From the NCBI GenBank assembly GCA_047495785.1, contig JBLDXI010000046.1, positions 1,674,001 through 1,738,000 of the forward strand: 64,000 nt of DNA, read 5' to 3'. The stretch is from Lepidodermella squamata (Eukaryota > Animalia > Gastrotricha). Positions within the stretch are counted from its first letter, which is position 1, and the number at the start of each line of letters is the position of its first letter. Made by a program: the position numbers and the translations under genes. Shown here piece after piece: positions 1-9,118 of the stretch. The notes beneath the pieces are model-generated. The model was not told where the DNA came from. It did no database searches and worked only from the letters and a program-made list of their open reading frames with translations.

Positions 1-2119
1 GCCGATTCCGAGGATGATGCCCAGACAGTTGATATAATTGATGTAAGAGTCCATCGACTAGGTTTGTATTTAATGTTATCGGCTATTTAATGCATTGCTA
101 TATTTCGCTCGTGCCATAGAAACCTGCAATCCTGCGTGCGTTCGAGGCTACTGCGCGGCATCAACATGTCAATGCCCTGTTGGCTGGACGTCCTCCGACT
201 GCAGTTTGCGTAAGATTAGATTCTGGATGCAACTTGCAGGAAACAGAACATAGCTTACTTGACATAACATGTTATCTATCCGTCTGCACTTCATTGGAAT
301 TGTCATAAATTGAAGAAACAGTATGGGGCAAAATAGTTGAGGCAGGAAGATAAGTTTCCAAGTCGTTTGCCAAGCCATTCGCTTGTGAGGGATAATGAAT
401 AATATCAGAGAAATGAATTAGCAAATACTCGTGCGATGTCTCGTGTGCCGTCGTATACCAGCTGAGGTGAAAGAAGGGAAACGCCCGTGGTTAATGTAAG
501 TCGAGAATGCCCGAGTGAGCTTCATCAACCGGACGGACTCGACTCGATGACTCAGCAAGTATGACCGCCATACTCGGGCTCGACTCGAGACCTGAAAACA
601 TACTCACAGTACTCCAATTAACTATAATAGAGAAATCAGACTATAGTTTAAACTGAGCATCATTTTTCTCTATCGAACAGCCGCTTGCCAGCCAAACTGT
701 TCGCCGAGAACTGGAGTATGCCCCGGCCCTGGTCAGCGCTGCACCTGCCTTGCAAGATTCACAGGCGACAATTGCTCTCAAAGTATTGCCTCATGCTGTT
801 ATAAATCATTACCTTTTTTCAATATAACGTTTTTTTACAGCTATCGGCAAGCCCCTAAGTGATCCGAATTCGTATCTACCCGAGTATTCGTATAGTAATG
901 ACGACGCTATAAGTTGGTTCATTTTCATTTTATGAGCTTAGATATAATGTAGAATGGTTTTTCTCAGGTTCTCATTGGTGGATCAGGCAGAATATTAGCT
1001 CGAAGTATAATGCAATCCGATTATTGGTTGATGGTGGCCCTAGACATAGTTGTATGATCACCAAGAGAGTAACATTTGTTGTTTCTTCCTGATTTCTCAT
1101 CAGTCAACATTTCTTACATAGTTGTGGAACCTGACCGACTTCACGATCAATATCACCGCTGAAACTAGCGGGATGGATACCGCTGGGCAGGTGTCGCTCT
1201 TTATAACGACCAACGGCTCATACACCTACGCGACAGATGGAAGTACAGGCGCTTTCACGGGCGGCACTTTCACCGGTGCCATATTCCGCTACTTACAAAG
1301 CAACAAAACATTTATTTTTTGCTTCAACGCCTACTGCTACCAACCTCCCCAGCTCGCCTAAAATAACGTTGATTGATGCTAACAATGTCTACTACAAAGG
1401 GCGATTCAACCTGGGCTTAGTGGTCCGCTTTGGCGGGCAAGTCTCCGTCGACCACTGCAACACAACAGTCTGCGAGCGATTGATCGACGGCGTTGCTTTG
1501 CCTAATTTCTTAACTGGCACAACCCTTGTGATGGGTATCCTTGTTGATTCCGAGGGTGACTCCCAGACAGTTGACATAATTGATGCAAGGGTCTATCGAA
1601 TAGGTGAGTTACATAGTCGCGGCTATATTGCCCAGATGCTAATATATTTCGTGCATGCTACAGGAACCTGCTATCCTGAGTGCAACCGAGGCTACTGCAT
1701 AGCTAGAAATACATGCCAGTGTATTGCTGGATGGACGGGACCGAAATGCATGAATCGTAAGTTGCCAGGTCGTTGCCAGAAAAAATAGCAATGTTTTAGA
1801 AGCAGCCTTGCAAATTGGGAAGAATGACGCTTTTTCAGAAAAATTTCTCAATTTCTGCTTTAGAAATATGTGGCTCAAAAATCTGCTCCACAAATGGCTG
1901 GTGCAGTGGACCAAACACTTGTTCATGCTTTGATAAATGGAAAACGGGGCCCGACTGCCTACAACGTAAGGATTCTGAAGATTGTAGTATCATAAGTTGA
2001 TAATATTTCTTTTATCATCAGCTATTTGCGACTGCGCTGTTGCGAAGCGATGTGCGGTCATGATGTGCGACTGCCCAGACGGCAGACAGCGATACGATTG
2101 CAACGATCCTGACGAGTAA
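1..2119 (+). CDS. 3' part of a multi-exon EGF-repeat extracellular protein with repeated beta-rich module + EGF units (5' end outside window)
   Basis: Exons flanked by GT/AG encode EGF-like units (CNPACVRGYCAASTCQCPVGWTSSDC; CYPECNRGYCIARNTCQCIAGWTGPKC; CSTNGWCSGPNTCSCFDKWKTGPDC). The motif DSEDDAQTVDIIDVRVHRL / DSEGDSQTVDIIDARVYRI occurs twice before an EGF exon. Stop TAA at 2117-2119. Apparent 1-nt frameshift at 1347-1350. Confidence 0.75.
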
Positions 2120-3328
2120 TTGCGATGCGCTTTTAGCGCGATATAACCGAAAGGTCTCATGGCTGTGATTCGAGAAGAATACAAATTTTTTTACTTCATC
2201 TTTTCTGAAGAGCTTGTTGTAGTGGTGTTATTGCGAGAAAAAAGTTTATTTCTTATTTCCCTTGATCGCGCAGTTTCGAGATATTACGCATATTATAATG
2301 CACACTAGTCTGTTCTTAGCTTAACTTTTATCTTTTATTTTTATTCGAGGAAAATCAGTGTTTTCAAGGCCGCAATAAATATATACAGATCCAGGACGGA
2401 CCTGTGTTCTTACATAATACCAATCGGACCAACAAAGCAATCACTGATCATGAATACGGCAATTTGAAATACAAGAATTAACACCCGAAAAACATTAGGC
2501 CAGGCAAGTTTTTTCAACTTCAACCGAATGGCGTTGCTCAACTTCAACAAGCGAGGATTTTCAAGTACAGGATTCAAGAGATAGTTTCCGCCTCGTCAAC
2601 ATGCCCCTATCTCGTGCTACGAATATCAGATATAAATGAAACACTCGTACTATACAAAAATGAAAGTTATGAGTCCTGATGTTCCTGCAATCATTCATGC
2701 ACTCTAAACCGAGTAGGAACTGTCCTTTGGTTTATAACATAGAGATCAGATTAACCTGATTAACCAGATTAATCTGATCTCTATGGTTTATAATTGCTGG
2801 CAATAATCTGCAGTAAACTGTTTTCTGCCAACGAAACTTGAGCGGTTTTGAAGTTTTGCATCCGCTGTTTCCTTCAGTCATTTTTATTTCAAATGTTACC
2901 GGTATCAATCGCTTATTATCAATCGTCTGGAAGCTTGCCAACTCCCTCACCAGATGCATTTTTCATCCTGATTTCCTGAAATTAATGCAACATTTTAAAT
3001 GTTTCAGCTTAAGGCTATTCTCAGCAAAACTTGCAGCATATAATCGAATTGAAAAACTTAAACTCAACTTAAATTCTGGTGTTGCCTCTATAATTTCAGC
3101 AACTAAATTAGTGAGGCCAATGCGATGTTTCATGCTTTATTTGATAGCTAGATTCCCCTTGATTTGATAAAAACAAAGGAAATGTCCTGGGTCTTACTTA
3201 TCAGTTGTAGCGGTACTAAAAATAACCGTGTTATCTTTATAAATTAAACGAGACAGCATTATTTCTCTGGGCAAGGCAATTTACGGATTTGATGTGCATT
3301 TCATGTTTATTCTTAATTAATTGCACTA

Positions 3329-4543
3329 ATGTCTGCTGGATCCATCGATTTCGCTAAGCATTCAGCACACGAGACCGCCGTTAAACAGTTGCTACGACAA
3401 TGCTGGGAGATGGAATCAACGAAATGTCACGAAATACCCCAGGCCATTCATGATATCGTTACAAAAGCCAGGGAGCGAATAGATGCTGACAAGAAACTCA
3501 AAAAAGTAATCAATAAAAAACTGAACGAGCAAATGGCGCCTGCTCCGTCATCGTGGAAACAATCTGTTCGCAACCTTTTGAGCATAGCTGCCTTGCCAAA
3601 GAAATATCTGCAGGACAGTCGAGCACCGGGGACGAGCAATTCCGAGTTCAAGAAGCAGAAAGAGAATCCATGTGAAACAGCAATCAACAAATCAGAACAG
3701 TGCAAACGATTCGTTTTTGATCCATCTCTTGTTGAGGAGCGAAGGAAAACAGCTCAATCTCAGAAATCCGAGCCGCAGAAATCGGTAGGTCAGATCGACA
3801 ATGCTGATCCGATAAGCAAATGCTGCGCCAAGGCTCAGAACGCTGATTGTCGAGAGCAGGATCGAAACAAAACTGTAGCGAAAATCACGAAAACGTGGAG
3901 ATTCATTGATGATGTTCTCAAAACGGAACCATCAGCCTGGAATTCCTCACAGCCTGTAGATGGAGTTGAAACAGAGCGGGAGTACCTTAGGGAACTGCTT
4001 GGGGATGATGCTTCAGCAGGGGACGAAGTCGAACTAGATGAATTGCAGCTAATTGAGGTATTCGAAATGAGCTACGACGTCTTGCAGCACGACATCATTC
4101 AGAAACTAGTCGAAGTTCATGGCAAATTTTGCGTGAAAAGTCAGCCGGCGCCTCTCACGTCTAAAATTGCGGGTGTCCTGTTGATAAGTATGGCCAAGAA
4201 TCATTTCGCTGAGGATGAAACGCTCAATTTACGCTCTCAGCTATTCTACAACTTACACTCGCCATCAGCTGAAGAAATCAAGAAGGCTGCCTCAAATATA
4301 TTCTGGACGGAACGGTGTGAAACAGCTGGAGAGATGAACAAGGCTTTGGATGAATGGCTCAACGCGCATAATGAAGCCATACGGCATGCTGTTGAAGGCC
4401 GCGGATATTACGCCCATGGCGAACAAATATACTTCGATTTTAACCGCGACATCACGAGCCTGGATGCGGTCGAATCAGCTTGGAAGGTTCGTGCAGCATG
4501 GAAAGCATTCGACGAGCTGACTGGGCCAACAGAATTAACATGA
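3329..4543 (+). CDS. Intronless 404-aa ORF, unknown function
   Basis: Long ATG-initiated ORF in AT-rich flanks, with AATAAA ~35 nt downstream. No recognisable motif. Confidence 0.6.
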   Translation: MSAGSIDFAKHSAHETAVKQLLRQCWEMESTKCHEIPQAIHDIVTKARERIDADKKLKKVINKKLNEQMAPAPSSWKQSVRNLLSIAALPKKYLQDSRAPGTSNSEFKKQKENPCETAINKSEQCKRFVFDPSLVEERRKTAQSQKSEPQKSVGQIDNADPISKCCAKAQNADCREQDRNKTVAKITKTWRFIDDVLKTEPSAWNSSQPVDGVETEREYLRELLGDDASAGDEVELDELQLIEVFEMSYDVLQHDIIQKLVEVHGKFCVKSQPAPLTSKIAGVLLISMAKNHFAEDETLNLRSQLFYNLHSPSAEEIKKAASNIFWTERCETAGEMNKALDEWLNAHNEAIRHAVEGRGYYAHGEQIYFDFNRDITSLDAVESAWKVRAAWKAFDELTGPTELT

Positions 4544-5220
4544 CTCGATAATTCAACCAGCTACGACACGGGAAAAAATAAAACTCCATTTAAGCAAATT
4601 ACCACTTGAGTGCTTGTGCTAAATATCCTTACTATGTGCTTTATGATGCTTGTACGCCAATAAAGTTTTTTTAATTTTTAAGTTCAACATTTGGGAACGC
4701 TATTCCTCGCACAGTAGTTTAGCCTCATTCACATGAGAATGCCTTCGGTCACTTGCTGGACAGGGTCAAAATATTGTCCTCCCACCAATTGCACTCATCA
4801 AGGTTTGGCGAGAATTGTGTTATCTTATCTGGCTCAAAACCGTTCGTAAATTATATTCGTGAAGTTTTTAAATAATATGGAGTTCCTAAATAAAAAGCAA
4901 ATGCACCGAGCCAGGTATAATATTGTTATCGCCGGGTATGAATGATTCGCCGGTTTCCACTGGCCTAAACTTATTGTGACTCGGGATATTCCTTTGTACC
5001 TACATGAGATTTTCCTGTACTGTCGAGCTGCTCTCACTTAGCCTACTTGCTTTGCCCACTTAGGTGTGATAGCATATAAGTATATGAAGAACGAAAACAT
5101 GCTTTGTTCGTTTCCTAGGATAATTAAAGAATTGCATCAGCTGCTGCGTTTCCCAACTTCAATAGATCCAGGCATTACCTGGAGAGAGCAGCTGGTGAAC
5201 AGGATCCATCGCGGATAAGG

Positions 5221-5730
5221 ATGAGACTTCGACAGGCTGTCAAAGCATTCCGAGCCGAACGACAAGCAGCTCTCATCACCGCTGTTGTTGAATTCTGCGA
5301 GTTTGTTTCCAGCTACGGACCTAAAAGTTCTCCCGATGTGGCTACAGATCGCTATAATCAGCTTATAGGCAACAAATCAATCTTTCAATCAGCTAGAAAT
5401 TACAACCGTGACGAACCCCGCGAAGTGAGCATGCGCAAAATTGCTTGTGGTTTCTTGAAAACCGGCGGCGACGAGAGGGTGAAAACATTTTTGCAATGCT
5501 ACTTTGGTGGCTCAGCCAATGACAAAAAATTCTGGACTGATAAACTTCAGCCAAAGATCAAAGTATGGCTTGATTCGCAAACAAGTGAAAGCAACATCCG
5601 CGAGCGCATTAATGGGATTGTTCACGACCCTTTCTCGTCCGATTTTACCATTCAAGATGGTAAAGATTGGCGCCGATTAAGTCGACGTGCCGTTAAAAAA
5701 CTTGTGGTAGCATTAGATAATGCTTTTTGA
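5221..5730 (+). CDS. 169-aa ORF, unknown function (possibly last exon of a gene or pseudogene)
   Basis: Open frame with protein-like composition. A splice-acceptor-like tttcctag near 5111-5118 is not obviously in frame. Confidence 0.4.
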   Translation: MRLRQAVKAFRAERQAALITAVVEFCEFVSSYGPKSSPDVATDRYNQLIGNKSIFQSARNYNRDEPREVSMRKIACGFLKTGGDERVKTFLQCYFGGSANDKKFWTDKLQPKIKVWLDSQTSESNIRERINGIVHDPFSSDFTIQDGKDWRRLSRRAVKKLVVALDNAF

Positions 5731-6330
5731 TTGGCTAAGGCGATGAATCTGTTTCTAGAAACACTAGTTTCTACAACTCAGCCGCTTGAGTGAGATAGCC
5801 CGGTTTCATCCCGGTTCGACCGTGCCTACTAATCTGGATTGATTACTGTCAGATAACAGAATAAATACGTGACGATTCGAAATATTGAAATTGACGGGTT
5901 TTATTTCTCTTCCCGCTGATCGTCTGACGGGAAACGTGCAGTTGCAGAACCATCTGCGAATTTTGAATTGTGTCTAAGATAGGGGACGTGAAGTGCGTAC
6001 CAGGTTTCCTAACACCTGGTTTCGACAGCGCTTGCACGATTAAAATACTGTTTATAATCGATTCACTCATCACAATCCATCTGTGAGCCGCTGTTTGGCG
6101 TCGGGTCTGATTTGCTGATTGGATACGGCTTCGACTGCAGCTCACCTAAAGGCAAGGTATTCATCTCCCTACTCGCTCATACCAAGTTAACCAGGCATCG
6201 ACAAGAGGCAGCTCGAACCTGGTCGAGGTCAAAGTCCATCGTTCGAGTTTTCATTCATTCAAATACCTTACGTTTGGACTCTGTACTTTCTCCTCGTAAA
6301 CAACTCAACATGGTGAAGCGTGACAGCAGC

Positions 6331-6576
6331 TGTTGGGACCAGCAACAAAAGTCAATTTGAAAATTATCAAAAGTATTTATTGAAAAACCCCTAGTTAGTA
6401 AAGCAACGTCATTTTATAGAAATTTGGAGGTAGAATAATATTTGTAAATCGAAATCACTTATTTACACAACTGTTAGTGCGTATATTTTGATATTACGGT
6501 AGTTAGTAATTAAACCTGGGAATTGGGTTATTATTTGACCGATTTCTCACAAAGTAATAATTGCAAGAACCTAACA
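6331..6576 (-). repeat. 3' LTR (246 bp)
   Basis: Identical by eye to 8157-8402; TG...CA ends. Confidence 0.97.
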
Positions 6577-7187
6577 CCTCCACGCCAAGCTGAGAATGCA
6601 CCGAAGGCATTTGAAGCTGAAAATATAAGAACTCATAATAATACCGTTGAATTTCAGAATAATTCGTATAATTGAAATAAGAGAAAGCAATATAAATTCG
6701 AGAATTAGAGTAATAGACTAGAGAAAACCAGCCACAACATAGAGGACTGAAATGGACATTAATGAGGAAGAACACTAGTCTTGACGTAGCACAGACAGAA
6801 CTCGTAGAAACAGCAGTAGTCGTGACTTTGCAACAACCTTGAATCGTAATTAATTCGACATGAAAAATGATTCGATCGGAATCGCATCGAACTCATCGTA
6901 TATTTAGAAACAGTTGAATTCGCTCTTATGTAAAGCAGCGGAAAAGTCGAATTTGATTGCTCGCACTGGAGCATGAAGAAATAGGAACTCGAAAATATCG
7001 TAGCAGAAATTCGATTATGAAAATTACAGACTTGGCTGTATCAAATAGATTGAAGACATTGCCTCAACGAATGAGATATATTCGAAATTCGAAATTCGCA
7101 TCGGAATTCAGGAAACAAGTAATTGAAATTGCCGAATAGTAGAAGCTCAAGAAATGCAGTAAGAAATCGAGGTAAGTTTGAAATGAG

Positions 7188-8129
7188 CTAATTCCCTCCA
7201 CACTTAACTGAGTTCACCGGGATCTCCTCCGCCTTTAATTTGCTACGGCAGACGGCAGCCAGATGACCCTTTTTACCGCAGAAATCGCAAACAGCATTCC
7301 TATGATGGCAATTTTCGCGCAAGTGATTCGTCCTGCCGCACGAATGACAAGGTGGAAACGATTTTTGATTGGAAGGGGAAACATTTTCGTGCTTTGAACC
7401 ATCTTTGAACTTGGTATTGACTCGTAAAACCGACGATGTGGGCGTTGAGGAGGACTGAACTTCTTCACCTCGGACCGTCTCTTTCGCAACTTTAGAAGCT
7501 TCTTCGACCTCAATAGCTGTATCGATAGCCTTTTGAAAATCAAGATCTGTATCCGAAACTTTAAAAATCGCTTTCAGAACAGATTCGTTCTTGACTGAGC
7601 AGATGAAACGCGTCCGTAGGGCCTCATCTAAGGGGTTAGTGATACTCGAAAAATTACAGGTAGCAGCGTCCTGGCGAATTCTGGCAACCAGCTGAGGAAT
7701 CGACTCGCCTGCTTTTCTGCCAATATTATTCCAAAACTTGTGACGCTCGCGGACGACGTACTTCTTCGGGTCATACTGCTTCTGCATAAACACCGTGATA
7801 TCGTCGTAAGTCGCATCGTTCACTTTTTTCGGGGAAGGCAGCTGCTGAAGGTAAGTTTTGATCTCCTTGAAAATCGCCTCAGACTGGCAACTCAGGAAAT
7901 AGGCCGCTTTCGTCTTCGATTTCGCGTGGGCCTTCGTAAAATTATCGAACCGCTCTTGATAATCTTCCCATATCTCGGACTGCGGGTCGAATCCTGGAAA
8001 TTCTTTGGTAACCTTGGCTTCATTGCCGGATGACAACAAGTCAAGTGCAGCGGAATGTTGGGCTAATGCCTCGGACTGCGAAGCTGTCAGTGTAGTCAAA
8101 CGCTCCAAAATCGCGGCCAAATCGCTCAT
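7188..8129 (-). CDS. gag: Gag protein (capsid-like region plus two CCHC zinc knuckles)
   Basis: ATG at 8129 (MSDLAAIL). FDPQSEIWEDYQERF...ERHKFW...GESIPQLVARIRQDAATCNF...LRTRFIC is typical of Mag/K02A2.6-type gag. Knuckles: CHSCGRTNHLRENC and CDFCGKKGHLAAVC. Confidence 0.92.
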   Translation of the reverse strand: MSDLAAILERLTTLTASQSEALAQHSAALDLLSSGNEAKVTKEFPGFDPQSEIWEDYQERFDNFTKAHAKSKTKAAYFLSCQSEAIFKEIKTYLQQLPSPKKVNDATYDDITVFMQKQYDPKKYVVRERHKFWNNIGRKAGESIPQLVARIRQDAATCNFSSITNPLDEALRTRFICSVKNESVLKAIFKVSDTDLDFQKAIDTAIEVEEASKVAKETVRGEEVQSSSTPTSSVLRVNTKFKDGSKHENVSPSNQKSFPPCHSCGRTNHLRENCHHRNAVCDFCGKKGHLAAVCRSKLKAEEIPVNSVKCGGN

Positions 8130-8140
8130 GATAGTGTTTT

Positions 8141-8153
8141 TCTCGCGTCGCCA
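8141..8153 (-). promoter_or_regulatory. tRNA primer-binding site
   Basis: TGGCGACGCGAGA begins 3 nt after the 5' LTR; a TGG start is complementary to tRNA CCA. Confidence 0.8.
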
Positions 8154-8156
8154 ATT

Positions 8157-8402
8157 TGTTGGGACCAGCAACAAAAGTCAATTTGAAAATTATCAAAAGT
8201 ATTTATTGAAAAACCCCTAGTTAGTAAAGCAACGTCATTTTATAGAAATTTGGAGGTAGAATAATATTTGTAAATCGAAATCACTTATTTACACAACTGT
8301 TAGTGCGTATATTTTGATATTACGGTAGTTAGTAATTAAACCTGGGAATTGGGTTATTATTTGACCGATTTCTCACAAAGTAATAATTGCAAGAACCTAA
8401 CA
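8157..8402 (-). repeat. 5' LTR (246 bp)
   Basis: Identical by eye to 6331-6576; followed on the minus strand by the PBS. Confidence 0.97.
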
Positions 8403-8407
8403 GCAGC

Positions 8408-9079
8408 CAAAAAGCTAAATCGCTGCCACGCGCTAGTAGAGTCAAGAAGATTCCACGCGAGCACCAAATGGCGCCTGTCATTGATGAAAAATTAGGGCAA
8501 AAAATGGCTCCAGTCGTTTTTCTCGAGCGACTTAATCTACACCCGGGAGAAACATCTATCAAAATTCAGGACTTTGAACATAGATCTGGCTACGTTGGAT
8601 GCATCAAGAATGCGTGTTGGAAATGCAGAAAGGAATTCAACAATAGCGACGTTCGAATTAAATGCCGGCTTTGCGATAATGAAATTCATCAGGACTGTTC
8701 CAAATTGTCGAAATCTGTAATTAAAATTGTGATGCAAAAAGATAGTAATTTGGCTTACCTATGTGGTTGTGATAAACTGGATGATGTGCTGCTGCCTCTA
8801 CCAGAGCCTCCTGAACTTTCCCATCACCTTCTCAAAAATATTCCTGATTTCGCTCAGGTTTGTAATGCAAACGGCGGTGTGTGCAATGATGATCTACCTG
8901 TTCCACCAAGTTATGAAGCGTTTATTGCTCGTTTTGACTACCTATTTCATGATTCATGGGGAAAATATGGACTGCATGTGAAAAACAAAGCTCCGTCCGG
9001 TAAAGACTTCTTCGATACTCTCGACAAAGGCGTGAATGTATGCAATTCGCTCGCTTTCTCTGAACTATTCACCAAATAG
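8408..9079 (+). pseudogene. LINE ORF1 (PHD finger), split from its first 7 codons (6310-6330) by the LTR insertion
   Basis: Removing the LTR element and one TSD gives in-frame MVKRDSS-QKAKSLPR... (230 aa). PHD-like CWKC...CRLCDNEIHQDC...YLCGC. Confidence 0.85.
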
Positions 9080-9118
9080 GTAATTGGCGCCCCCACAGGC
9101 AATGCTTCTCGCAATCTG

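Larger units (their letters stand above)
6331..8402 (-). mobile_element. Non-autonomous gag-only Gypsy (Mag-like) LTR retrotransposon, 2072 bp
   Basis: Two identical 246-bp TG...CA LTRs (6331-6576, 8157-8402); 5-bp TSD GCAGC (6326-6330, 8403-8407); PBS-like TGGCGACGCGAGA just inside the 5' LTR on the minus strand; purine-rich GGCGTGGAGG before the 3' LTR; gag ORF but no pol. Confidence 0.95.

Noticed and set aside
8387-8407. ORF-track start of the 230-aa ORF (MQEPN)
   Set aside because: It is a TTG inside the LTR; the true ORF1 ATG is at 6310.
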